DNA of 64,000 nucleotides from Candidatus Bathyarchaeota archaeon. Its GTDB lineage: Archaea > Thermoproteota > Bathyarchaeia > Bathyarchaeales > Bathycorpusculaceae. Location: NCBI GenBank assembly GCA_963772455.1, contig CAVYXJ010000007.1, forward strand, positions 352,001 to 416,000, read 5' to 3'. Position numbers and translations under genes: made by a program. Below are positions 49,946-59,594 of this stretch, one piece after another. Under the pieces are notes generated by a model. That model saw only the letters and a program-made list of their open reading frames with translations. It was not told where the DNA came from and made no database searches. Numbering within the stretch: position 1 is the stretch's first letter; every line of letters starts with the position of its first letter.

Positions 49946-50893
49946 CTAGGCAATATCTTTGCTATTAATGACTTGTTGCGAATAACTCCAGGTCTCATCT
50001 ACTATTTGCTGAAGACCTTCCAAAACAGATGCTAAATTTTCTCCTTTGCTAGTTAAACCGTATGCTTTGGGAGTTTTTCTTACGAACACCAGTTTTTTCC
50101 CTTTTAATCCCCTTAGATACTTGTAGGTTCTTCTCATTGATAATTCTGTTTCTTTAGCAAGTTTTCCTGCAGATATTCCTTGTTCGTAAATGCTGTCATA
50201 TACTTTTCGTTCTGTTTCTGTCAAGGTTTCTTTTTCAGAGTTACGTTTAGATTTAAAGAAGAAAATGTAGTCTCGATCTTCAGGGGTTTCTATTAACCCA
50301 ACAGATCTCAGGCGTTTTAGGATTCGCGACGCAATTTTTGAAGAGATTAGGCTTTCTATTGCTTCGAAAGTTTTAGGTCCTGTTAGTAAAGCTCGAAGAA
50401 GTGTTTCCTCGTAGCATTCAGAATGGGCTGGGAGCATTTCAGCAAATTCTGGAAATGACTCAATTAAATGTGTTAATCGCCCGCCGAATGTAGTTGCATA
50501 GTATTCGTCTCGTGATTCAGTTGCCAATCCAACTGCCATTAAAGGTTGTAGGTATTCTTCGTTTATTGTATCTTGGCTATGTGTATGACCATTTTTTTTG
50601 AGTTCTTGTTGAAGTTGACTAACTGAGTATCTACCGTTTACTATTGCGTTTAGAATGTGGAGTCTTGTTTGGTTTTTTAGAACGTTATATAATTCTTTTA
50701 TGTAATTTGGATTATCCATTGTTTCGCGGAGTTTTCTTAATTCATTTTTTAATTTATACACTTGACAGCGAGTTATGCATTCAAGCGGTGAGGTTGGTGC
50801 ACAGTTTCTGCATTCTGCATCTAGTGAACTGAGCATTCCTGCTAGGTCTTTGTTGTTTTCGCTGTTTCGGATTGTTGAAAGTACGTTACCCAT
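49946..50893 (-). CDS. Multi-wHTH regulator with N-terminal Cys cluster
   Basis: CRNC-x7-CITRC, then three winged-helix repeats (ArsR-like LKNQTRLHILNAI; YYATTFG; YGLTSKG). Confidence 0.78.
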   Translation of the reverse strand: MGNVLSTIRNSENNKDLAGMLSSLDAECRNCAPTSPLECITRCQVYKLKNELRKLRETMDNPNYIKELYNVLKNQTRLHILNAIVNGRYSVSQLQQELKKNGHTHSQDTINEEYLQPLMAVGLATESRDEYYATTFGGRLTHLIESFPEFAEMLPAHSECYEETLLRALLTGPKTFEAIESLISSKIASRILKRLRSVGLIETPEDRDYIFFFKSKRNSEKETLTETERKVYDSIYEQGISAGKLAKETELSMRRTYKYLRGLKGKKLVFVRKTPKAYGLTSKGENLASVLEGLQQIVDETWSYSQQVINSKDIA

Positions 50894-50977
50894 TTATTTA
50901 TTTCTCCTATGGCGTGTGTTAGAAGGGTGATGAGTGGTGGTATGGTTTGAAGGTGTTTTGACCGCTGCCACCCCACT

Positions 50978-51009
50978 TGACACGCGTCATAATCTATGAC
51001 AGGCGTCAT
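50978..51009. promoter_or_regulatory. Tandem palindromic operator TGAC-N4-GTCA x2
   Basis: TGACacgcGTCA (50978-50989) and ATGACaggcGTCAT (50996-51009), abutting TTTAAATA at 51011-51018 between divergent regulators. Confidence 0.7.
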
Positions 51010-51042
51010 GTTTAAATAAGTTTCTCCCAAAAGTAAACGTAA

Positions 51043-51432
51043 TTGGTGCATAACTTGATACTACCGTGTGAAGTAGGAGTAAAGACTGTCCTTCCAGCAG
51101 TAAAGGCAATCATGGCAAGGTCCATTGTTGAAAAACATGGCTTAAACGAAAAACAAACCGCTGACCTTCTTGGCTTATCACAATCTGCAGTCAGCAGATA
51201 CATAAGCAGAGAAAGAGGAAATCTATTAAACATCGAAGGCACACCTGAAGTGCTTGCCTTAATAGACCAAATGGTAACTCACATTATAAAAGTACCAGAT
51301 AATAAAACGGAAATTCTAAATCTCTTTTGTCAAACTTGCACGACCATCCGGGAAAAAGGTTTAATGTGTCCAGCCTGCCAAAAACAAATGCCCCAAGCTT
51401 GGGCGGAAAAATGTTTGTTCTGCCAAAAATAA
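51043..51432 (+). CDS. HTH transcriptional regulator (COG2522-like) with C-terminal Cys
   Basis: LPCE...LPAVKA, ADLLGLSQSAVSRYI..ERG, CQTC, CPAC, CLFC. Confidence 0.85.
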   Translation: MVHNLILPCEVGVKTVLPAVKAIMARSIVEKHGLNEKQTADLLGLSQSAVSRYISRERGNLLNIEGTPEVLALIDQMVTHIIKVPDNKTEILNLFCQTCTTIREKGLMCPACQKQMPQAWAEKCLFCQK

Positions 51433-51583
51433 ACAAGCAATTAAGATTTACTGAAAACGTTTTAACTTTTTTTAAGGAATCCGCGTGTACTTCGATGAGA
51501 ACTCTGTCTTAGATACGATAGAAAAAGTTAGCAAAAGTGTGGTTAACAATAATAACCATAAAACTTGTTCATAACATTTTCAA

Positions 51584-51627
51584 TCAGGTAGTGCCAGTGA
51601 GTGGCACGGGGTCTGGCAGCATCATCG
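51584..51627 (-). ncRNA. Candidate box C/D-like small RNA
   Basis: Minus strand ATGATG...GTGCCA-ctcac-TGGCAC-tac-CTGA; GC-rich patch in an AT-rich gap; TTAAAAAA box 19 nt upstream. Confidence 0.4.
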
Positions 51628-51703
51628 ACAACGAAAGGAAACTCTTTTTTAAGTTGTTGCTCAGTGGAATGCATTAGCAAAAATTATCACCGGATAGATT
51701 TTT

Positions 51704-52129
51704 GTGGATCAAAACCAAATAAAGGAGATTCTTGAAAAATACAAAGTTATAGCGGTTGTTGGGCTATCCAAAGACCCTAAAAAAGTTAGCTACAAAGTAA
51801 GCTCTTACATGCAGCGAAATGGCTATAGCATCATACCTGTGAATCCCTTTGTTGATGAGGTTTTGGGTGAAAAAAGCTATAGAAGCCTTTTGGATGTTCC
51901 TGTTGAAATCCAAAGAACCCTTGAAATTGTTAACATTTTCAGAAAAGCCGAGGATGTTCCGCCGATTGTTGAGCAAGTCAATGAGCTGAAAATGAGATTG
52001 GGCAGACCTTTTGTAGTTTGGATGCAGTTGGGCATTGTAAATGAGGAGGCGGCTGAATCGTTGAGGCTATCTGGATTGGTTATAGTTATGGACAAGTGCT
52101 TAATGATTGAACATCAACACTTATTTTGA
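51704..52129 (+). CDS. CoA-binding protein (YccU-like)
   Basis: IAVVGLS, IIPVNP, VNIFRK, VWMQLGI, MDKCLMIEH. Confidence 0.92.
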   Translation: MDQNQIKEILEKYKVIAVVGLSKDPKKVSYKVSSYMQRNGYSIIPVNPFVDEVLGEKSYRSLLDVPVEIQRTLEIVNIFRKAEDVPPIVEQVNELKMRLGRPFVVWMQLGIVNEEAAESLRLSGLVIVMDKCLMIEHQHLF

Positions 52130-52133
52130 GCGC

Positions 52134-52997
52134 TTAGGCCCCGCCCAGAAGCAGAGAAGCTACAGTTGCGATAATTACGATAGCAATTGTTTCCAGCAAG
52201 GATATTTTCCAATTAACTCGAGTTTTCTTTGAGCGATACCTTGCCAAGAAAACGCCGGAGATTACTGCAACAAGAATGAGTGACACCACAACGTTGTAGA
52301 TTGGCGGCAGAATAAGGTAAGTGGCTATGGGAATGATACCTGCTATGAAAGTTGTGGTTCCACAAATTATTGCCGCGTAAAGATTCGATCTATGAATCTG
52401 TTTTCCCAACAACGTGAACAATTTCTGCACCAACATTAAAGATTTATCACGTTCTTTTTTGTCGGGAATATCACTTAAACTATAGTTCATCAAGTTCTGT
52501 AACGTCATAATGTCGTTTAAGTCTTCGGTGATTCCTCCGAGTAGAAAGCTTGAGAAGTTTGTAATTGCTACGGCACTAAGAGTTAGGAAAGCGGCGAAAA
52601 CTACGGTTTTAGGGTCTCCTAGAAGAGTGGTGCTTGAGGTTAATGTGGCAATGAAAGCTGAAAGAATTACCACTAAACTGGTTATTGATCCATCGACTAA
52701 ACCAGCTACAACTTCCATAATGGGTTCCTTTTTGAGCAGCAGACTTTCCCATTCTTTGCCAAGTCTTTGTCCTTGCGACGTTAATTGTACAATTCCATCT
52801 TTTTCTGTGAGGAGCCCTTCAATACTCATTTCTTTTAATGCTTTATCGAGCTCGCTCATGTCTATGCAGGCATAGTTAAGGCAGACACGGTCAATTCGGC
52901 TTTTTAATGTTGATTTTTTTATTCTAGCGCCTTTGCTTAGGTTTAATAGAACAATAACTCTGATAACATCAGGCAACTCTTGAATTTCAAAGGCCAC
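52134..52997 (-). CDS. wHTH fused to VIT1/CCC1-like membrane domain
   Basis: N-terminal winged helix (VQLTSQGQRL); VAGLVDGS TM1 motif and about five TMs. Confidence 0.65.
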   Translation of the reverse strand: MAFEIQELPDVIRVIVLLNLSKGARIKKSTLKSRIDRVCLNYACIDMSELDKALKEMSIEGLLTEKDGIVQLTSQGQRLGKEWESLLLKKEPIMEVVAGLVDGSITSLVVILSAFIATLTSSTTLLGDPKTVVFAAFLTLSAVAITNFSSFLLGGITEDLNDIMTLQNLMNYSLSDIPDKKERDKSLMLVQKLFTLLGKQIHRSNLYAAIICGTTTFIAGIIPIATYLILPPIYNVVVSLILVAVISGVFLARYRSKKTRVNWKISLLETIAIVIIATVASLLLGGA

Positions 52998-53239
52998 TCT
53001 AAATAGTCACCATTACAACAACACTCAAACTATCTTTTGGAGAACCTAATAACTTTTTTGCGGTCTTAAAATTTAATAAGATGACCGATTTAGCCTCTTT
53101 AGGTTCTGCAATCATTGTAAGTAGACTCTAGCAAATTAGTTTGAAAAGCAAGTTTAATGTCTTGAGCAATTTGCGATGGTAAATGTTAGGAACGTTTATT
53201 TTTTGGGCTATTGAATGTTCTGGTTACAGGTAAGCAACT

Positions 53240-54475
53240 TTGGCTAACGTTAAGGTTACGAAGCGTGCAAGCAACATCGAATACGCGATACGCGACGTCA
53301 TAGTTCACACTCAGGAACTGATCAAGAACGGCAAAAAAATCTATTACCTAAACATCGGCGACCCCGCTGCATTCGACTTTAAAACGCCGCAGTATGTCAA
53401 AGATGCCCTGTGTAAAGCAATTGACGAGGATAATAATTATTATTCAGTTTCCGAAGGCAGACCTGAACTTCGCGAAGCGATTGTACGTAAAGAAAAAAGA
53501 GTCAACAATGTCGATATCACCTCTAACAACGTCATAATAACTGAAGGAATTTCGGAGGGAATCGAGATGGTTCTCGCGGCTTTGGTTGAGAAGGGAGATG
53601 AAATCCTTTTCCCAGGACCAACCTATCCACCTTACATTTCCTACACTAAATTCTTTGAAGGCACGCCAGTCAGCTATGAAACTATCGAAGATGAAGGGTG
53701 GATACCAAACATCGATGATTTACGCAGCAAAATCTCGCCTAAAACCCGCGCCATCGTCATCACTAACCCCAACAACCCTACAGGCAGCGTTTATAGTGCA
53801 AAATGTATCAAGGAAATGCTCGATATTGCTGGCGAACATGACTTGCCTGTTCTCTCAGATGAAATTTATGATCAATTAACCTATGAAAAACCATTCGTAA
53901 GCACCGCAAACCTCTCTAAAGACGTGCCAGTAGTCGGGTTAAATGGATTCTCGAAAGTTTACCAGATGACTGGGTGGCGCTTGGGCTACATGTACTTTAA
54001 AGGTGAGGGCAAGCAACTTGACGACTTAAAAATGGGTGTTGAGAAGCAATGCCGAATCCGATTATGCGCCAACACACCCGTGCAGATAGCAGGAGCAGCT
54101 GCACTTGAGGGTCCACAAGACTTCGTGAAAGGAATTGTTGACCGACTAAGAGAAAGACGCGACTTCGCTTGGAAACGCCTAAACGAAATCGAAGGCATCA
54201 GCGCAACCAAACCCGAAGGCGCATTCTACATCTTCCCAAAAATTCACGATGTCGGCACAAGATGGAAATCCGACAAGGAATTTGTCGTTCAACTGCTCAA
54301 GGAAACAGGCGTTTTAATCGTTAATGGTTCAGGATTCGATCCAATCTACGGTAAAGACCATGCAAGAATAGTATTTCTGCCGCCCTGTGAAGAGCTTGAA
54401 GATGCCTTCAATTGCCTAGAACAGTTTATGAAGAAGAAAGAGAAAACAAGCCGTAGCCATGTAGGTCACGGTTAA
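53240..54475 (+). CDS. Class I/II PLP aminotransferase (alanine aminotransferase-like)
   Basis: IEYAIRD, LNIGDP, NPNNPTG, SDEIYD, NGFSKVYQMTGWRLGY. Confidence 0.92.
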   Translation: MANVKVTKRASNIEYAIRDVIVHTQELIKNGKKIYYLNIGDPAAFDFKTPQYVKDALCKAIDEDNNYYSVSEGRPELREAIVRKEKRVNNVDITSNNVIITEGISEGIEMVLAALVEKGDEILFPGPTYPPYISYTKFFEGTPVSYETIEDEGWIPNIDDLRSKISPKTRAIVITNPNNPTGSVYSAKCIKEMLDIAGEHDLPVLSDEIYDQLTYEKPFVSTANLSKDVPVVGLNGFSKVYQMTGWRLGYMYFKGEGKQLDDLKMGVEKQCRIRLCANTPVQIAGAAALEGPQDFVKGIVDRLRERRDFAWKRLNEIEGISATKPEGAFYIFPKIHDVGTRWKSDKEFVVQLLKETGVLIVNGSGFDPIYGKDHARIVFLPPCEELEDAFNCLEQFMKKKEKTSRSHVGHG

Positions 54476-54477
54476 AA

Positions 54478-55363
54478 TTAGACTTTTGTACCGTTTTTTG
54501 GGTTTTCGATTACTTTCTGGAACTCAACCATTAGTTTTTTTGTTAATGGTCCTGGTTTTCCATCACCGATTATTCGTTTGTTAACTTCCCGGATGGGCAC
54601 CATCTCCATTGCTGTGCCCGTGAAGAAGGCTTCATCAGCAGTGAAGAGCATAAACGGGGTCAGATTAGTAATAATTAGATCTAAACCGAGTTTTGCGCAC
54701 ACTTCTGCAACAACGTCTGCGGTGATACCTGCAAGGGCTCCTGTTGAAGTAGGCGGAGTAAAAATTTCGCCATCTTTAACGATAAAGATGTTTTCGCCTA
54801 CGCCTTCTGCTATGCAACCACTCGCTTCTAGGCAGATAGCTTCGTCAACGCCGTTTGCATTGGCTTCAATCTTTGCCAAGACGCTGTTGAGGTAGTTGAG
54901 TGATTTTATCTCGTGTGTTGTTGCGTCCACGGGGTTTCTGCGAACCCAGCTGAACATTGTTGTAATGCCAACTTCTTTGGCGTTTCCTGCTTTGATGTTT
55001 ATTGTGTCCGTTATGACTATGACTAGTGGGTTTGGGGCATTTACGTGGGTCTAGTCCCAAGTCGCCCAGACCTCTTGAGACGATTAAGCGGATGTAGGAG
55101 TCTTTCATCTTGTTTTTGCGCAATGTTTCGATAACTGCTTTGGTCATTTCCTCTTTGGTTAGTGGGATTTGAAGCATTATGGCATGTGCGCTTCGGTATA
55201 GACGGTCGATGTGTTCTTTGAGTTTGAAGACGATACCGTTGTATTCTCGGATGCCTTCAAAAACGCCGTCGCCATAGAGAAAACCGTGGTCGTAGACGGA
55301 GATTTTAGCCTGTGATTTAGGATAGAATTCACCGTCGATGTAGACTTGTAATTCATTGGTCAT
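54478..55363 (-). CDS. ilvE: Branched-chain amino acid aminotransferase, split by one frameshift
   Basis: [52 protein letters not shown]; break near 55026. Confidence 0.93.
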
Positions 55364-55458
55364 TTATTTTCCACTTCTTGGATTACTGTTTCTATATTGT
55401 CCAATTCTTTGATATAGCTATCGTTAGTGATACATATTATTCGTTTACGACTGATTTA

Positions 55459-57368
55459 TTAACCGTGAAATTGCGGACGCTTAGACATGTACATGGGCAA
55501 TGGCAGAGGTTTGAAAGGTTTACCAACGATTTTTTGTGATACTTTCTCAATTAATTGTTCTACAGTCATGTTTTGCTGTTGACCCTTAAGTTCGCGATCA
55601 CGCACCGACAGCATGCCAGATTCGATTTCCTTGTCACCCACAACTATGATATATGGCACCCATTCCTGTTCCGCTTCACGGATTTTCTTCTGAAGCGTAG
55701 CTGAGGAATCGTCAATGTCTACTCTTATGCAATGAGACGAAATTTGTGTAGCAAGCTCTTCGAGTTTGTCAAGGAATTTATCTGAAATTGGAATAAGCCT
55801 CACTTGGGTGGCTGAAAGCCAGAGGGGCAACATTGGTGCTTTTCCAGCCATCTGTTCTCGGTAAGCTTTTTCCAGTAATGCGTAGATGTCTCGTTCAATG
55901 GCACCGCTTGGGCTACAATGTAAAATTAGACGGATATTGTTTCTCGCCTTTTTCATCAACGAAAGTGATTTCGTAGCGTTTAGCGTTTTCAACATCAATT
56001 TGGTCAGTGCTTAGAGCTGCTGCTTTGTCCTGGTTGTCTATAAAGTTGAGGTCCCATTTAAGTGCGAAATAGAAGAATCTCTCGTTCCAAACTTCAGCTA
56101 ATATAGGCTTCCCGAAAGCTGTTGCTAATTCGGTTATGAAGTCTTTGTGTTCAGCGTAGAAGTCTTTTGTGAAACGCATTGCAATTTCGTAATCGTCTTT
56201 AACTAAGCCGATGTTACTGAGAACATCGATACATAGGTTGAATCGGATCATAAACTCTTTTTTGGCTTGGTTGAGGTCAGTACAGAAAGCGTGACAGTCG
56301 GGCATAGTAAATGCGCGAAGACGTTTTAATCCAACGACTTCACCGCTTTTTTCTCGGCGGAAACTGTATCGTGTTAATTCGTAAAGTTTTATGGGCATTT
56401 GTTTGTAACTGAATTGTGCGTCATGGGCCATTAGGAATTGACCAAAGCATGCTGCAAAGCGCAGAAAGAGTTCCTTGTCTTCGGATTTGAGAACGTATTG
56501 GCGAGCTGGGAAACGGTTTAGGTAGCTTTTAAGGCTTGGATGGTTAAAATCATACATTATGGGAGTCTCAACTTCCATGCCCCCGTAAGCTGCCACTTTA
56601 TTTGTGACGTATTGTTCGAGGAGAGATTTTATCATACGTCCTTTTGGGTACCACCGAATGTTGCCTGGGTCACTTCCTGGTTCGTAGTCGGCGATTTCCA
56701 GACGTTTCATTAATGGTACGTGGGGAGGCATCACTGTTACTGCACGGGTTTTTTTAATCTCATAATTAGAGAATTTCTGTAAGTTAGCATGTCCTTTGAA
56801 TTTGAATTCTTCTATGGGCACAAGTGAACCATCAGTTTGGAGGATGTGCCAAAAAGATTTCATGGTATCCTCGGCTTTGAGGGCTGCTGAAACAGGTTGT
56901 TCCTCTTTTTTGGGTTCACAAGGAGCTTGCGGTTCTGCCGTGGCTACCGAAGCTAGTACTGGGGTGTAGCTGCGTGCCTGTTCAGCTAATGGATGACCTT
57001 TGATTGATATCGTAAATTGTTTATTCCAACCAAATGGTGCACTGTAGGTTTCAATGCCTTTCTCTTTGGCGTATGCTTCCATGCTCTTTGATTATTTTTA
57101 GAGCTTCGGAGGGCTGAGATAGGTTGCTGCTCAGGTGAGCAAACGGGTAAATCAGGATTCGGTTGGCTTTGAGTTTACCCAAAAAAGCCCTAACATCGTT
57201 GATGGCTTTCTGAGCCATTGCAGATGTATCGCCCTCTTCAATAGCGGTGAAGAGCACGACGACTTCTTCAACGCGATTCTCAACCTTCTCGGCTTCTTCA
57301 GCAATGTTGATTTCTTTTTCTACAGGTTTGAAAACTATAAAGTTGGAATGCAACTGTAAAATTCGCAT
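55459..57368 (-). CDS. thrS: Threonine--tRNA ligase (archaeal type with N-terminal editing domain), split by two frameshifts
   Basis: [63 protein letters not shown]; breaks near 57083 and 55929. Confidence 0.95.
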
Positions 57369-57383
57369 TTTAAATGCCTCTTG

Positions 57384-57584
57384 TTAACCGTAACGCCACT
57401 TGTCAAGGGTTTTGTCTTTCTTTGTTTTCTTTTTGAATTCTTTGTAGTGATCTTTGCATAGGTAAGCACGTTTATCGGCACTTCCAACGTTTAATCCAGC
57501 AGCTTTCACTTTGTCAACTGATAATGAACGTTCAGCTACTTTACCGCAGACGCTACATTTTTCTCCTTTGTCTATACGCCCCAT
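57384..57584 (-). CDS. Small basic Zn-binding protein (C2-CH)
   Basis: 66 aa, CSVC...LCKDHYKEFKK; ends 15 nt before the thrS start. Confidence 0.8.
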   Translation of the reverse strand: MGRIDKGEKCSVCGKVAERSLSVDKVKAAGLNVGSADKRAYLCKDHYKEFKKKTKKDKTLDKWRYG

Positions 57585-57625
57585 ATTCTACGCCTTGTCA
57601 AGTTTAACAACGTACTATGCTGCTA

Positions 57626-58549
57626 TTACTTAAGTTTCTTTTCATACAAAGAATTTGCTCTTTGGTAAATCTCTTCTTTTTTACCAAAATAAGTAGGTCC
57701 TATTCCTTCAACAACACATGAAGCTGCCGCAGATCCAACGCTAGCGCACCAGAGTGATTCTTTTTGGCGAAGATATTCAGCTAAGAAACTTCCGATGAAA
57801 ACGTCTCCGGCACCTGTTGGATCAACAAGAACCTGTGATGGACAAGCTTCAACGTTGTATTGGGCACCTTCAACAGAAAGAACAGAGCCTTTTGCGCCCA
57901 TAGTTACGATGACGGTTTCTACTCCTACGTCATGAATCGCTTTTATTGCGTGTTTGAGATCTGATTCACCAGTTAATGCATAGATTTCGTTTTGTGATGA
58001 CTTAAAAATGTTGATTAGACTAAAGATTCGATAATCTACGCCGGCATTTTCAGTTACGTTTCCTGCTTCATCAAAACTTCGAAGTAAACCCTGAGGATCA
58101 AGTGATAAAACATCAGCGCATCCTTTTAGGCGCTCGACGAGTTCATAGGGAATTTCATTTGCAATCGGTGCTATATGAACGGCTTTTGCACGAAAATCTT
58201 TGGGCACATCATCTGGACTTAATGCGGGTCCTTTGCTTTTCAGCTTCAAAGTTCGTTCAGAAAGATCTTTGGTGTAAGAAAGCTCAAAACAAGTTGTTGG
58301 TTCACTAGCAGATTTAGTGACACATGAGAGGTCAATTCCTTCTTGCCCAAGCCACCAAAGGTAAGCTTCTGGAAAGTTTTCGCCGACTTTAGATATAACT
58401 GAAGCCGTAGCATCCAAACTTTTGGCGGCGAAAGAAGTGTAAGTTGCAGCCCCACCTAAAACAACAAATGGCTTAGTTCGACTTGGCAGAATAATGGTAT
58501 CGATTGATAAGTGTCCGACAACTGCTATGTCACTGATTTGAACAGCCAT
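57626..58549 (-). CDS. PfkB-family carbohydrate/nucleoside kinase
   Basis: LGGAATY, LDPQGLLR, VTMGAKG, DPTGAGDVF. Confidence 0.92.
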   Translation of the reverse strand: MAVQISDIAVVGHLSIDTIILPSRTKPFVVLGGAATYTSFAAKSLDATASVISKVGENFPEAYLWWLGQEGIDLSCVTKSASEPTTCFELSYTKDLSERTLKLKSKGPALSPDDVPKDFRAKAVHIAPIANEIPYELVERLKGCADVLSLDPQGLLRSFDEAGNVTENAGVDYRIFSLINIFKSSQNEIYALTGESDLKHAIKAIHDVGVETVIVTMGAKGSVLSVEGAQYNVEACPSQVLVDPTGAGDVFIGSFLAEYLRQKESLWCASVGSAAASCVVEGIGPTYFGKKEEIYQRANSLYEKKLK

Positions 58550-58679
58550 TTCTAATCACTTGAATATTAAATCAAGTCATATATAGGATTAATCATAGCT
58601 AAACAGAGTGTTAATCAAAAAAATAGATTTGAGTTTTTTATGCGATAAATTTTAATAACTTTGTTTGCTCAGAAAGTTC

Positions 58680-58742
58680 GGCTATGGCATTAGCCTTGGC
58701 ACAAGCCAGAACTGCAGCCGAGTGGATGCTGATAATGCCTAC
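58680..58742 (+). promoter_or_regulatory. Fluoride (crcB) riboswitch
   Basis: GGCTA-TGGCAT-TAGCC P1 whose loop GGCAT pairs with ATGCC in the 3' GCTGATAATGCCTAC; lies directly upstream of crcB. Confidence 0.88.
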
Positions 58743-58765
58743 CTACAAGTGTTGAAGGTAAGCAT

Positions 58766-59155
58766 ATGAAATGGATTGAATTTGTCCTCCTGGCAGTCGG
58801 CGCGGTAATTGGAGCTTTTTTACGTTACAAACTAGTTGAGTCGCCCATTGCAGTTTATGGTTTACCCGTTAATGTTTTAGTTGTGAATGTTTTGGGAAGT
58901 TTTATTTTGGGTTTGTTCTCAGTTTTGTCGATTGGACTTAACTTGGAGCCTCAATATACTTTACTTGCGGCAGTTGGGTTCTGTGGGTCTTTTACTACAA
59001 TGTCTTCTTTCGCGCTCGAATCAAGCAACCTTGCTGACGCAAACCGTTTTAGTTTAATGGCACTAAATATATTGACTAATGTTGGCTTGTCATTGGGTGC
59101 AATATTTGGTGGAAGAATGCTTGGTGATGTAATTATGGAGCGGTTTTTGCGTTGA
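58766..59155 (+). CDS. crcB: Fluoride channel CrcB/FluC
   Basis: GAFLRY, VNVLGSFILG, GFCGSFTTMSSF..E. Confidence 0.95.
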   Translation: MKWIEFVLLAVGAVIGAFLRYKLVESPIAVYGLPVNVLVVNVLGSFILGLFSVLSIGLNLEPQYTLLAAVGFCGSFTTMSSFALESSNLADANRFSLMALNILTNVGLSLGAIFGGRMLGDVIMERFLR

Positions 59156-59463
59156 GACAAAAAATGTGGGATTTAACAATTAGAATAAAGAAGAATGATG
59201 AGGTTGGAGGTAAACGTCTTCAGGCTCTTATTATTGATTGTCTTGTGAAAGCTGGGATTGAAGGAGCTACGGTTTGGACGGGTGTTAATGGATTTGGGAA
59301 ACGCGGTAAATCTACATTACATCTTGAAGGGGTTTCTGTGAATATGCCTTTAATTATTGAGGTCGTGGATACTCCAAAGAAGCTTGAACCATTGTTGCCT
59401 GACCTAAAGTTAATTGTAGGCGACAATGGTTTATTGACAATCCAAGAAACGTTTGTTATATAG
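59152..59463 (+). CDS. DUF190 PII-like protein
   Basis: GIEGATVWTGVNGFG, MPLIIEVVD; usual crcB neighbour. Confidence 0.9.
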   Translation: MRQKMWDLTIRIKKNDEVGGKRLQALIIDCLVKAGIEGATVWTGVNGFGKRGKSTLHLEGVSVNMPLIIEVVDTPKKLEPLLPDLKLIVGDNGLLTIQETFVI

Positions 59464-59594
59464 CAACAAAAAGTTTTTTCACCAAACCTAAAACGTTTGA
59501 GATAAAATAAAATGCCTAAATTTTTTGAAAAGGTACCTATTTCATCTTAAGCTGTTAAATGTTGATTTGATTGATGTAAAAAATAAATTTGGGG

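Noticed and set aside
55459-57368. Genuinely split ThrRS with a free editing domain, as in some Crenarchaeota
   Set aside because: The first break falls inside the editing domain and the pieces join perfectly on single-base removal.
7292-57368. Selenocysteine or pyrrolysine readthrough as the cause of split genes
   Set aside because: All breaks are frame changes, not in-frame TGA/TAG.
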